This document shows positions 23,322 through 31,828 of a DNA stretch of 32,000 nt, in pieces. Numbering within the stretch: the stretch's first letter is position 1; each line of letters begins with the position of its first letter. Origin of the DNA: a bacterium YEK0313 (GTDB lineage: Bacteria > Pseudomonadota > Alphaproteobacteria > Rhizobiales > Phreatobacteraceae); assembly GCA_000751295.2 (NCBI GenBank), contig CCMO02000002.1:1187806-1219805 (forward strand). The letters run 5' to 3'. Made by a program: the position numbers and the translations under genes. Under the pieces are notes generated by a model. It was not told where the DNA came from and searched no databases. It saw nothing but the letters and a program-made list of their open reading frames with translations.

Positions 23322-25310
23322 TCACATGTCGATGCCGTCATTGGGATCGAGCGCGACTTGCCGGGCGACGCCGCGCATCTGCTGGCGCAGGATCTGGCGC
23401 TGGCGCGCCGCGTCTTCCGGTGCGTCGTCGAGAACGATGGCGAACTCCTCCGCCGGTTTCTGCTCGGTGGTCTCCTTGGCGATGGCGACATGATCGGGAA
23501 GCTCGGGCTCACGCCGCAAGCCGCCATTGGCGGCGTCTTCGGCCTTCTCGACCTCGGCGAGCAGCACGGCGTCGGGCCGCCGCGGCTTCAGGTCGGACCA
23601 TCCATCCTTGCGCGTCGACCGGCCGCATTTCGCCGGATCGGGCGATGGGAGGACACGCTCGGTGAAACGGCGATCCTCGTAGTAGCGCGCCTTCTTTGCC
23701 CGGATCGGATGGACGCCGGCGGCCATGACGATTTCGTCGGTCGGCGGAAGCTGCATCACTTCGCCAGGGGTGAGCAGGGGCCGGGCTGTTTCCGAGCGCG
23801 ACACCATCAGGTGGCCGAGCCAGGGGCTGAGCCGGTGGCCGGCATAGTTGCGCATCGCCTTCATCTCGGTGGCGGTGCCGAGCGCGTCGCTCACCCGCTT
23901 CGCGGTCCTCTCATCGTTGGTCGCGAAGCTCACGCGGACATGGCAATTGTCGAGGATGGAGTTGTTCGGACCATAGGCCTTCTCGATCTGGTTCAACGAC
24001 TGCGCGATCAGGAACGATTTGAGGCCATAGCCCGCCATGAAGGCGAGCGCGCTCTCGAAGAAGTCGAGTCTTCCGAGCGCAGGGAATTCATCGAGCATCA
24101 TCAGCACGCGATGGCGCCGGTCCTTCGCGTGCAGGTCCTCGGTCAGGCGCCGGCCGATCTGGTTGAGCACGAGGCGGATCAACGGTTTCGTCCGCGAGAT
24201 GTCGGACGGCGGCACCACGAGGTAGAGCGTCGCCGGTTTAGGATCCGCGATCAGGTCGGCGATCCGCCAGTCGCAGCGGCGCGTTACCTCGGCGACGACG
24301 GGATCGCGGTACAAGCCCAGGAACGACATGGCGGTGGACAGAACGCCGGAGCGCTCGTTGTCGCTCTTGTTGAGCAGCTCGCGGGCCGTCGAAGCGACGA
24401 CGGGATGCGGGCCAGCCTTGCCGAGGTGCGGCGTCGTCATCATCGCCTTCAGCGTCGATTCGATCGGTCGGCGCGGGTCGGAGAGGAAGGCGGCGACGCC
24501 GGCGAGGGTCTTTTCTTCCTCCGCATAGAGGACATGCAGGATCGCGCCGACGAGGAGCGAATGGCTGGTCTTCTCCCAGTGATTGCGCTTGTCGAGCGAG
24601 CCTTCAGGGTCGACGAGCACGTCCGCGACGTTCTGCACATCGCGCACTTCCCACTCGCCGCGTCGAACCTCGAGGAGCGGATTGTAGGCGGCCGACTTAG
24701 GGTTGGTCGGATCGAAGAGCAGCACTCGACCGTGCTTCGCGCGAAAGCCGGCGGTGAGTTGCCAGTTCTCCCCCTTGATGTCGTGGACGATGGCGGAGCC
24801 CGGCCAAGTCAGGAGCGAGGGCACGACGAGGCCGACGCCTTTGCCGGATCTGGTCGGTGCGAAGCAGAGGATGTGCTCGGGTCCGTCATGGCGAAGATAG
24901 GCATCGCCGAGCTTGCCGAGGACGACGCCGTCCGGTCCGAGCAGGCCCGCCGCCTTCACCTCCCGCAACTCCGCCCAGCGGGCGGAGCCGTAGGTCTCGA
25001 CGTTCTTCGCTTCGCGGGCGCGCCATACCGACATGAGAATCGCGACAGCGATGGAGATGAAGCCGCCCGAGGCCGCGATATAGGCGCCTTCCACGAAGAT
25101 CGGCGGCGCATAGGCGTCGTAGAAGTACCACCACCAGAAGAAGGCCGGCGGATAATATATTGGCCAGCCCGCCAGCTCGAACCAGGGTTGTCCCAGTTGA
25201 GGCTGGAAGCCGAGCCGCCAGGCCGTCCACTGCGTCGCCGCCCAGGTCGTGAACAGCACGATCAGGAACACGGTGGTGATCTGGCCCCAGAGGATTTTCG
25301 TCGCGGACAT
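23322..25310 (-). CDS. traG: Conjugal transfer coupling protein TraG (VirD4-family T4CP)
   Basis: 662 aa from ATG 25310 (MSATKILWGQITTVFLIV...; the RBS AAGGAAG is upstream). It has two N-terminal TM helices, a Walker A motif (FAPTRSGKGVGLVVPS) and a Walker B-like motif (VLMMLDEFPALG). Confidence 0.95.
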   Translation of the reverse strand: MSATKILWGQITTVFLIVLFTTWAATQWTAWRLGFQPQLGQPWFELAGWPIYYPPAFFWWWYFYDAYAPPIFVEGAYIAASGGFISIAVAILMSVWRAREAKNVETYGSARWAELREVKAAGLLGPDGVVLGKLGDAYLRHDGPEHILCFAPTRSGKGVGLVVPSLLTWPGSAIVHDIKGENWQLTAGFRAKHGRVLLFDPTNPKSAAYNPLLEVRRGEWEVRDVQNVADVLVDPEGSLDKRNHWEKTSHSLLVGAILHVLYAEEEKTLAGVAAFLSDPRRPIESTLKAMMTTPHLGKAGPHPVVASTARELLNKSDNERSGVLSTAMSFLGLYRDPVVAEVTRRCDWRIADLIADPKPATLYLVVPPSDISRTKPLIRLVLNQIGRRLTEDLHAKDRRHRVLMMLDEFPALGRLDFFESALAFMAGYGLKSFLIAQSLNQIEKAYGPNNSILDNCHVRVSFATNDERTAKRVSDALGTATEMKAMRNYAGHRLSPWLGHLMVSRSETARPLLTPGEVMQLPPTDEIVMAAGVHPIRAKKARYYEDRRFTERVLPSPDPAKCGRSTRKDGWSDLKPRRPDAVLLAEVEKAEDAANGGLRREPELPDHVAIAKETTEQKPAEEFAIVLDDAPEDAARQRQILRQQMRGVARQVALDPNDGIDM

Positions 25311-25336
25311 GAGCGGCTTCCTTTCTTGTTTGTCGG

Positions 25337-27100
25337 TTACAGGCCGAGCCCCCGTTTGCGGCCAAGACTCCATTCGATGCCGCCGCCGTCCTTCGCGACA
25401 CCGGCGATATGCTGGCCGAGCTTGCGCTCGATCTCGCGAGACCAGGGCACGAGCTGGAAGCCGAGCCCGTTGTCGATCATCGCGAAGCGGCCGGAAGAGA
25501 GCATCAGCCGCTGGCGATAGACTCCCGCGACATGCTCGCCGGCGGCGGCCTTCATGTGCGCGAGGCCGGTTTCCGCCGAGAGCTTCGCGCCGACAGCATC
25601 GAGCTCGCGCCGGCGCAGGGTGTTCAGGAGATCGCGTTGCAGGATGATGCGCTGCCCCTGGCGTCTGGCGAGGCCTTCGTCGGCGAGATGCTCGGCTCGT
25701 GCCTGCATGGCGTCGCGCACCTCGTGCCCGAAGCCGCCCATGGAGAGCGGCATGGGCTCGCGCTCGACGATACGATGATCGAGCCAGGTGGCGCCCGGCG
25801 CCGTGATCTGCCGGTTGAGATCGAGATCGGATCGGTTGGCGAGCACCAGGGTCGGCCGCTGCTCGTCCGGCCCGCCGAAGCGCCGCACTTCGACGATACC
25901 GCCGATCGCCGGCGCATGCTCGAATGCGTCGATTCCCCGGAAGCAGACATGATGGGCGCGACCGTCGGTGCCGTCGATCACCGCATAGGCTTCGCCGGTC
26001 AGCTCGTCGTGCAAGCCGCGGTCGACCAGCCGGCCAATGATCGGTGCCTGGGCCGCGCCTCCCTCAATCACATAGTCGGCGACGCCGCGCTCCTGGCCGC
26101 GTTCGGCGAAGGCGCGATGCATGGTCTTGATGATATCGCCCCGCATGCCGAGGTCGCGCAGATGCCGTTCGGCGTCGAGCCCCACGATCCACTCGCCAGG
26201 GCTGGCGGCTGTCGCGAGGCCCATTTTCTCCAGATGCTGGAGCCGGCCGATCATCAGGCGGCGTGTCTGAGGATCGGAGGCGCCGGGTTGCTCGGGCCGC
26301 AGGTCGATGTAGCCTGTCTCCTCGGCGGCGATGCGGATCTCGACGTCGAGGCGCGTCCAGCGCTCCGCCGTGATCTCCCGTTCCAGCGCATGGCGGATCT
26401 CGTGCTCGGGCTTCGGGCCAAGCTCGATGGAGACGAGATCCTCGGCGCGCGAGCGCAGGCCGCGGCTGATATAGTCGCGCGATATGACGAGGTCGGCCCC
26501 TTGCTCGTCGACACCGCGCACCAGCAGATGGACGTGCGGATTGTCGGTGTTCCAGTGATCGACCGCGACCCAATCGAGCCTGGTGCCGAGATCGGCTTCC
26601 ATCTGGCTCGCGAGGTCGCGGGTGAAGGCGCGAAGGTCGGTCATGTCGCCGGCGTCCTCGGGCGAGATGATGAAGCGAAAGTGATGCCGGTCATCCTTGG
26701 CTCGCGCCGCGAAGCCTGCGTCGTCGGCGCGGTCGCTGTCGGTGTCGAACATCACCGCCTTCTCGCCATCGCGTGTGACGCCGTCGCGCTTGAGATAGGA
26801 GAGATGGGCGGCAAGCGGCGCTGAGCGGAACGCTCGGCCCTGATGGCGCGCTATTCGGGCTTTCACCACGACGCGGCGCGAAGGGCTGAACAGACGCGCG
26901 CGGCTGAAGCTGATGCGTCCGCGTCCGAAGGTCGAGCGCCCATAGCTGGACGCCCTGCGGCCCGGCGCGCCATGAGCGGAGACATGGCCGGCGCGTTTGG
27001 CGGCGCGCAGAACCTGGTTGATGAAGCTCTTTGGCTTCGGCGCACGCGTGGAGCGGATGCGGCCGGGCCGGATGCGGAAGTCGCTGTCGCCCTCGCTCAT
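25337..27100 (-). CDS. Relaxase/mobilisation nuclease with a DUF3363-type C-terminal domain (VirD2/TraI-like, MOB-P-like histidine triad)
   Basis: 587 aa from ATG 27100 (MSEGDSDFRIRPGRIRS...). It has a histidine triad, HWNTDNPHVHLLV (HxDxxxPHxH), and a candidate catalytic Tyr in AAHLSYLKRDG. The longer track ORF adds 46 unsupported residues. Confidence 0.9.
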   Translation of the reverse strand: MSEGDSDFRIRPGRIRSTRAPKPKSFINQVLRAAKRAGHVSAHGAPGRRASSYGRSTFGRGRISFSRARLFSPSRRVVVKARIARHQGRAFRSAPLAAHLSYLKRDGVTRDGEKAVMFDTDSDRADDAGFAARAKDDRHHFRFIISPEDAGDMTDLRAFTRDLASQMEADLGTRLDWVAVDHWNTDNPHVHLLVRGVDEQGADLVISRDYISRGLRSRAEDLVSIELGPKPEHEIRHALEREITAERWTRLDVEIRIAAEETGYIDLRPEQPGASDPQTRRLMIGRLQHLEKMGLATAASPGEWIVGLDAERHLRDLGMRGDIIKTMHRAFAERGQERGVADYVIEGGAAQAPIIGRLVDRGLHDELTGEAYAVIDGTDGRAHHVCFRGIDAFEHAPAIGGIVEVRRFGGPDEQRPTLVLANRSDLDLNRQITAPGATWLDHRIVEREPMPLSMGGFGHEVRDAMQARAEHLADEGLARRQGQRIILQRDLLNTLRRRELDAVGAKLSAETGLAHMKAAAGEHVAGVYRQRLMLSSGRFAMIDNGLGFQLVPWSREIERKLGQHIAGVAKDGGGIEWSLGRKRGLGL

Positions 27101-27347
27101 GGCCGGGCTCCAGCGGGTGTCCGGCGAGACGGTGCCGAAAACATCTCTGAAATTGTTGGCGAAAGTCCAAGGCGCGGCACCGCCCCCGACCGACCGGCAC
27201 GCGAAAAGCCGTGCGAAAGCAATGGCTTGCGCCAGCATAGCGAGCCGCTTTTATCTCGCCGTCGGTTGGTCGTGTTGACCTCTCTCCGGCCGCTTCCCGC
27301 TTCTCCTTCCCGGGAGCCCGCCAGAGCGCGCCAGAATGCGAACGCGG
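27101..27347. other. Candidate oriT region (largest intergenic gap in the transfer module, directly upstream of the relaxase gene)
   Basis: The assignment is positional, plus two adjacent short imperfect hairpins at 27197-27232 (GCACG-N8-CGTGC; GCGAAAGC-AATG-GCTTGCGC with one mismatch) and an A/T-richer patch, CGCTTTTATCTCG, around 27250. I did not find an RP4-type nic consensus (ATCCTG). Confidence 0.3.
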
Positions 27348-28112
27348 TCATCGCGGGCCTCCGCCGTTGGATCGCGCGACGAAGAGACGGCCGGTCGTCT
27401 GCTCGGCAGCACCGTCAGAGTCGCTTGGGGTTGCAGCGCGATCACCACTGACTTGACGCTCGTTCAGCGCCGGATCGGCAGCGTCGCCGCTGTAAGAGCG
27501 CGCAACGAACAGCGGCGCGCGCGTCCATTCGAGCGGATTGGCAGCGGCTACAACGATACCTCGGGCGAGCGGTTCGCTGCCGACCAGCGGCGCGAGGGCG
27601 GCGACATAGGCGACCGTTTCGGCGGGCAGTGGACGGCCGGACGCGACATAATCGTCGTAGCGGCCGGGTCCCGCATTGTAGGCCGCGAGGAAGCCGGGCG
27701 CGCCGTAACGGTCGTGCATCTCGCGCAGATAGGCCGCACCCGCCAGAATGTTATTGCGTGGGTCGTAGGGATCGGCGCCAAGGCCGTAGCGCGCACGCAA
27801 TTCGGCCCAGGTGTCGGGCATGATCTGCATCAGGCCCATCGCGCCTTTGGGAGAGACCGCGCGAACGCGGCCGCGGCTTTCGACACGCATGACGGCCCAG
27901 ATCCAGCGCTCGGGGATGTCGAAGCGCCGCGCCGCCTCGGCGACGAATCCGGCATAGGGCGAGACATCGCGTGAAGCCTCGGGCGGTCCCGCCTGGGCGG
28001 CCGGAACCAATGGCGTCGCTCCAGCGCAGATGAGGCCGGAAAGGAGAAGAAGGGTCAGATGTCGCGCGGGGCGTGAACGCCCGGCGGCGAACTGGCGGCG
28101 CGGCGCGGACAT
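27348..28112 (-). CDS. Lytic transglycosylase (SLT domain; VirB1-like)
   Basis: 254 aa with a signal peptide and an SLT catalytic block, AVMRVESRGRVRAVSPKGAMGLMQIMPDTW...AGAAYLREM...AAYNAGPGRY. Confidence 0.9.
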   Translation of the reverse strand: MSAPRRQFAAGRSRPARHLTLLLLSGLICAGATPLVPAAQAGPPEASRDVSPYAGFVAEAARRFDIPERWIWAVMRVESRGRVRAVSPKGAMGLMQIMPDTWAELRARYGLGADPYDPRNNILAGAAYLREMHDRYGAPGFLAAYNAGPGRYDDYVASGRPLPAETVAYVAALAPLVGSEPLARGIVVAAANPLEWTRAPLFVARSYSGDAADPALNERQVSGDRAATPSDSDGAAEQTTGRLFVARSNGGGPR

Positions 28113-28115
28113 CGG

Positions 28116-28454
28116 TCAGTCCCGCTCGCCACGCTTGGGCGGGCGGTTCCAATGCAGTCCCCAGGCGGACTTGTCGTCGGCCGATTGGAAGAGGTTGGCT
28201 CGGACCGGCTGTCCGAAGGTCGGATCGTCGATCTGCAGCGAGACATACTCGCCCGCCTTCTCGCCAGTGCGCTTCCAGCCCGCACCGATCTCCGGTCCGT
28301 CGGCGTCGCTGCCGAGATGAATGCGATAGTCGGGCGCGTTCTCGGCGTCGGAATGCTCCGCCGGCACGAGCACCAGCTCGGCATCGAGACCAAGCGTGCG
28401 AATACGTCCGGCATAGCCGTTTCTGGTGCGCGTGAAATGACCGATCAGGGACAT
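28116..28454 (-). CDS. DUF736 domain protein
   Basis: 112 aa from ATG 28454 (MSLIGHFTRTRNGYAGRIRTLGLDAELVLVP...APDYRIHLG...EIGAGWKRTGEKAGEYVSLQIDDPTFGQPVRANLF), matching the DUF736 pattern. GGAGA lies 5 nt upstream. Confidence 0.85.
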   Translation of the reverse strand: MSLIGHFTRTRNGYAGRIRTLGLDAELVLVPAEHSDAENAPDYRIHLGSDADGPEIGAGWKRTGEKAGEYVSLQIDDPTFGQPVRANLFQSADDKSAWGLHWNRPPKRGERD

Positions 28455-28499
28455 GACAATCTCCATGGCTGCGCGGTGAGGTTGCTCATGGGCGCGCCG

Positions 28500-29045
28500 T
28501 CACCGCGTCGGCGCGCGCCAGACGAAGCGGCCATCGCCGTCTTCGTCGGTGTAGAGAGGGGTGGCTCGGCCGATGACCGAGGCGGCGGGAAGCGGCCCGA
28601 AATAGCGGCCGTCGAGGCTGTCGCGGACCTGCCAATTCATGAGGAACAGCTCGGTTGGCGCGACGGCGCGGCAGCCCTGCCACACCGGCAGGGGTCGGCC
28701 CAGGCGATCGCGTGCGAGCGCCTCGCCGATAACGATTCCATCAACGGTGACGCTCGCGCCAGATCGGCAGACGCGCTGTCCGGGAAGCGCGGCGACACGC
28801 TTCATCAGCGGCACGCCACGCGGCAGATAGCCGCGAACCGACAGGAAGGTCGCGAGGGGTCCGGGCGCGTCGACCGCGACGAGGTCCGTGACCTCGAGCG
28901 GTGTCGAAGCGCCGATGGCGTAGAGCCCGAGGGGCGCGCTGGCCGAGGCGTTCCAGACGAGTCGGGGCGCGACGTGGACCAGCGACAGCGCGCCGACCAG
29001 CAGCACGGCGACAGATGTCGTCATGACATAGCCGAAGCGCGTCAC
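28500..29045 (-). CDS. traF: S26-family conjugative-transfer signal peptidase (TraF-like)
   Basis: 181 aa. An N-terminal TM helix is followed by WNASASAPLGLY (the catalytic Ser region), LMKRVAALPGQRV and NWQVRDSLDGRYFGPL. GTG 29045 overlaps the stop of the upstream gene. Confidence 0.85.
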   Translation of the reverse strand: MTRFGYVMTTSVAVLLVGALSLVHVAPRLVWNASASAPLGLYAIGASTPLEVTDLVAVDAPGPLATFLSVRGYLPRGVPLMKRVAALPGQRVCRSGASVTVDGIVIGEALARDRLGRPLPVWQGCRAVAPTELFLMNWQVRDSLDGRYFGPLPAASVIGRATPLYTDEDGDGRFVWRAPTR

Positions 29046-29557
29046 GGCTCGGCCCTCCGCCGCAGGAGCCAGGCGCGGTGCTGTTCGCGGCTGTAGGCGC
29101 GCGGCGTATCGCCGGCGGTCAGCCGGTTGTGGACATGACGCCAGTAGTCGGGCGCCGCGTCGGCGGGATCGATGCCAAGCGCTTCGATGGCGTCGATCAG
29201 GATCAGCACCCGTTCGACGATCGGCCAGCCGCCCAGCTTCAGCAGGATGTCGCCGCCCGGACGCACGAAGGGCAGCGTCTGATAGGGCTCACACGCGGCC
29301 ACCGCGCGCACGATGTCGATGCGCGAGACAACAGTGCCATAGTCGTTGGAAGCCCAGCGGACGAAGGCGAAGACCGTGTCGGCCGGAAAGGAGAGGATGC
29401 GGCGCCGACGGTCGAGAATTTGCTCCTGGACCTCGCGGCCGAAACGAATCCAGTGCTCGATCTGTTTCTCGCGCCAGATCAGCTCGACATGCGTGAGGCC
29501 CGCCGGTCCTGTCGATGGTTGAATGGGCCGCGCGCCGGATGTTGGCGATCCGGTCAT
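29042..29557 (-). CDS. DUF2840 domain protein
   Basis: 171 aa from ATG 29557. LTHVELIWREKQIEHWIRFGR...ILSFPADTVFAFVRWASNDYGTVVSRIDIVRAV...YQTLPFVRPGGDILLKLGGWP matches DUF2840 as I recall it. The start overlaps the stop of the upstream RHH gene (ATGA). The track ORF extension to 29911 overlaps parA. Confidence 0.8.
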   Translation of the reverse strand: MTGSPTSGARPIQPSTGPAGLTHVELIWREKQIEHWIRFGREVQEQILDRRRRILSFPADTVFAFVRWASNDYGTVVSRIDIVRAVAACEPYQTLPFVRPGGDILLKLGGWPIVERVLILIDAIEALGIDPADAAPDYWRHVHNRLTAGDTPRAYSREQHRAWLLRRRAEP

Positions 29558-29796
29558 CGCGCGTCTCCGCCAGCGGCGGGAAACTCGCGCGCGAGAAGGT
29601 CGCGCAGCATGTCGGCGACGGTCTGCCCGCGCTGGAACGCGGCGACCTTGATCCGGCCACGAAGTTCGGGCGTGACGTCGATCGTCAGGCGGGCGGTGTA
29701 GGCAGAAGCGTTGGGCTCGCGGTCGCGTCGCCCATCGGCCGCCTTGATCCAGCTCTCGGCATCGCCAGGACGCATAGCGAAGCTGCGCTTGCTCAT
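29554..29796 (-). CDS. Small ribbon-helix-helix protein coupled to ParA (ParG/CopG-like partition adaptor or repressor)
   Basis: 80 aa. Its ATG overlaps the parA stop (ATGA). The C-terminal RLTIDVTPELRGRIKVAAFQRGQTVADMLRDLL is an RHH (beta-strand plus two helices) pattern. Confidence 0.65.
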   Translation of the reverse strand: MSKRSFAMRPGDAESWIKAADGRRDREPNASAYTARLTIDVTPELRGRIKVAAFQRGQTVADMLRDLLAREFPAAGGDAR

Positions 29797-30431
29797 GGCG
29801 CGAGCCTCCGAACCTCGGCCGCGAGCGCGGCGATTTCAGCCGAGGCCGGGCTGTCGGCAGTTGCCTCGGAGACGAGCCGGCCGGATTGGGCGGCGTCTGC
29901 AAAGGCGACACGCTGGCCGATCGTGGCGGTGAGCACGGGCGGATCGTGATCGACGAGCGTCTGGGCTGTTTCGCGCGCGATGATGGTCCGCGCGCCGCAG
30001 CGGTTCAGAACGAACCGCGCGATGAGCTGCGGACGATAAAGGCGCGCTTCTCGAAGCAGCGCCAGCATTTCGGCCGAAGCCCATCCATCGAACGGGGACG
30101 GCTGGACGGGGATGAGCACGAGGTCGGCGGCGAGCAGTGCCGAACGCATGAGGCCGGCGACGCGCGGAGGTCCGTCGATGACAACGTGATCGGCATCGCG
30201 GGCGAGCTCCGGCGCTTCGCGATGCAGCGTGTCGCGTGCCAGGCCGACGACACCGAAGAGGCGCGGCAGGCCCTCGCGGGCGCGCTGCTGCGACCAATCG
30301 AGGGCCGAGCCTTGCGGGTCCGCGTCGATGAGGATGACGCGCTTTCCTTGGCCGGCCCATTCGCCGGCGAGATGCAGCGCGAGCGTCGTCTTGCCGACGC
30401 CGCCCTTCTGGTTGAGCAGCGCGACGATCAT
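29793..30431 (-). CDS. parA: ParA-family partition ATPase
   Basis: 212 aa with a deviant Walker A motif, LNQKGGVGKTT, plus ILIDADPQGS and VVIDGPP. Confidence 0.95.
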   Translation of the reverse strand: MIVALLNQKGGVGKTTLALHLAGEWAGQGKRVILIDADPQGSALDWSQQRAREGLPRLFGVVGLARDTLHREAPELARDADHVVIDGPPRVAGLMRSALLAADLVLIPVQPSPFDGWASAEMLALLREARLYRPQLIARFVLNRCGARTIIARETAQTLVDHDPPVLTATIGQRVAFADAAQSGRLVSEATADSPASAEIAALAAEVRRLAP

Positions 30432-30495
30432 GGCGCGCTCCTCGGCGCTCGCGGACAGTTATCCGCAGGCGTGCAAAAGCGCGTGTCCGTTAGAA

Positions 30496-30512
30496 AGATT
30501 CCGAAGGAATCT
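30496..30512. promoter_or_regulatory. Perfect palindrome upstream of parA (candidate operator)
   Basis: AGATTCC-GAA-GGAATCT, a 7-bp inverted repeat with a 3-nt spacer, lies 65-81 nt upstream of the parA start. It is flanked by the direct repeat GTTAGA(A/G)A. Confidence 0.45.
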
Positions 30513-30570
30513 GGGTTAGAGAAGTTACGGGGCCTGCAAGCTGCTGATTCAGCTCGGCGATTCGACGATT

Positions 30571-30636
30571 CCGGTCCCCGATAGCACGAGAGTCCGGTCC
30601 CCGATGGCACGATAGTGCCGGTCCCTGATAGCACGA
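30571..30636. repeat. Three tandem 19-bp direct repeats (iteron-like or centromere-like) between repA and parA
   Basis: CCGGTCCCCGATAGCACGA (30571-30589), CCGGTCCCCGATGGCACGA (30594-30612) and CCGGTCCCTGATAGCACGA (30618-30636). The period is 23-24 bp. The array is bracketed by GGCGATTC (30556-30563 and 30637-30644). Confidence 0.75.
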
Positions 30637-30642
30637 GGCGAT

Positions 30643-31527
30643 TCACAGCTTATCCCCAGGGCGTGACGTTGCGCGACGACGTCGGCGCGGTGTTCCGAAG
30701 GACGCGGGATCGATCGGCGCGAAGCAGAGGACTTCCGGGCCGCCCACGCATGGCTCGATGGTCAGGCGATAGCCGGGGAGCGGTTGGCGGCGGACGATGT
30801 CGCGCAGGTCGTAGGCGAAATGCTTGAGCGGTGAGAGGCTGCCGGACTTGGCGTGGAGATGCGCGAAGTCGAAGCTCCAGCCGAACTCCTGCCGTCCGCC
30901 ATGCTTGCGCACCAGGCGATAGAGCCAGCGCTCGAGTCCGCCGGTGAGTTCGAAGTAGGCCCGGTCGATGGTGAGCACGAGCGCGTCGTCGAGAACGGCG
31001 GCGTAGAACCAGTCGGGCAGGATCAGTTCGAGGCCGAGCGGCCGGCCGCGGTGATCGGCCCGCTCTTTCCATTCATTGATCCAGGAGAAGCGGTGCATCC
31101 GCCGCTCGGTCGGCTGGCGGATGGAGGTTGCCACCGTGGTCGACTGAAGCCGATCCAGCGCGGCCTTGAGGCGGTCGTAGTCGCGCAGACTGACGCCGCG
31201 GCCGATGAAGGTGAGGATTTCGTAGGGGGTCGTCGCCATCAGGCGCGATGGACGCAGGCCAATGTCGCGCGCCTCGACGATCTGGGAGGCCGCCCAGATC
31301 AGCACGTCCGCATCCCAGATGGTCGCCATTCCATGCTCGGGCACCGCCTCGACGCGGATGACGATCGAACCCGCCTTGAAATCGATCGGGGCGAGACGCT
31401 TGGACTTGGCGAGCGAGAAGAACGGATAGGCCATGAGGTCCTGGGCATCTCGCGGCGCGAGCTCGCCGGGCAGCGCTCGAAAGAGGTCGAGTTGCTCGCG
31501 TTCATGGCCAGGATGGCGGGACGACAT
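30643..31527 (-). CDS. repA: Replication initiator protein A (RepA/RPA family)
   Basis: 294 aa. The blocks LMAYPFFSLAKSKRLAPIDF, ATIWDADVLIWAASQIVEA, TPYEILTFIGR and YFELTGGLERWLYRLVRKHGG are characteristic of the replication initiator A family found in these ICEs. Confidence 0.9.
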   Translation of the reverse strand: MSSRHPGHEREQLDLFRALPGELAPRDAQDLMAYPFFSLAKSKRLAPIDFKAGSIVIRVEAVPEHGMATIWDADVLIWAASQIVEARDIGLRPSRLMATTPYEILTFIGRGVSLRDYDRLKAALDRLQSTTVATSIRQPTERRMHRFSWINEWKERADHRGRPLGLELILPDWFYAAVLDDALVLTIDRAYFELTGGLERWLYRLVRKHGGRQEFGWSFDFAHLHAKSGSLSPLKHFAYDLRDIVRRQPLPGYRLTIEPCVGGPEVLCFAPIDPASFGTPRRRRRATSRPGDKL

Positions 31528-31536
31528 GCCGGCGCC

Positions 31537-31818
31537 TCAGCGGGCGTGGCGGCCGGCGTGGACCGGCATTGTCGATTCATGGCGCTTGGCGGGTAGGACG
31601 GTGCCGCGCGGGTCCGACGTGGAGGTGACGGCGCCCCGATCTGCCCAGGCCTGCAGGTCGTCGATGGAGTAGACGACCCGGCCGCCGAGCTTGCGATACG
31701 CAGGGCCAGTTCCGTAGGTCCGGTGCTTTTCGAGGGTGCGGCCCGAAAGACCGAGGAATCGGGCAGCTTCGGGCGTGCGAAGAAAGCGCGGCGGCAAGCC
31801 GGCGGGATTGGCGGACAT
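31537..31818 (-). CDS. Helix-turn-helix DNA-binding protein (MerR/AlpA-excisionase-like HTH_17)
   Basis: 93 aa. RFLRTPEAARFLGLSGRTLEKHRTYGTGPAYRKLGGRVVYSIDDLQAWA is the excisionase-type HTH pattern. The RBS GGAGG precedes ATG 31818. Confidence 0.85.
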   Translation of the reverse strand: MSANPAGLPPRFLRTPEAARFLGLSGRTLEKHRTYGTGPAYRKLGGRVVYSIDDLQAWADRGAVTSTSDPRGTVLPAKRHESTMPVHAGRHAR

Positions 31819-31828
31819 AAGCGGACCT

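Noticed and set aside
23313-25520. 735-aa plus-strand ORF antisense to traG
   Set aside because: The translation is low-complexity and Arg/Gly/Asp-rich, and the opposite strand encodes a textbook VirD4/TraG. It is treated as a GC-driven open frame.
25409-26824. 471-aa plus-strand ORF antisense to the relaxase gene
   Set aside because: It is a shadow ORF. The minus strand has the relaxase histidine triad and the DUF3363-type C-terminus.
27101-27347. RP4/IncP-type nic consensus (YATCCTGY) or a T-DNA-border-like sequence in the putative oriT
   Set aside because: Reading both strands, I found no ATCCTG. The region is kept only as a positional oriT candidate.
30571-30636. Possible CRISPR array
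   Set aside because: There are only three 19-bp repeats, separated by 4-5 bp rather than by spacers, and no cas genes. The arrangement fits iterons or a centromere.
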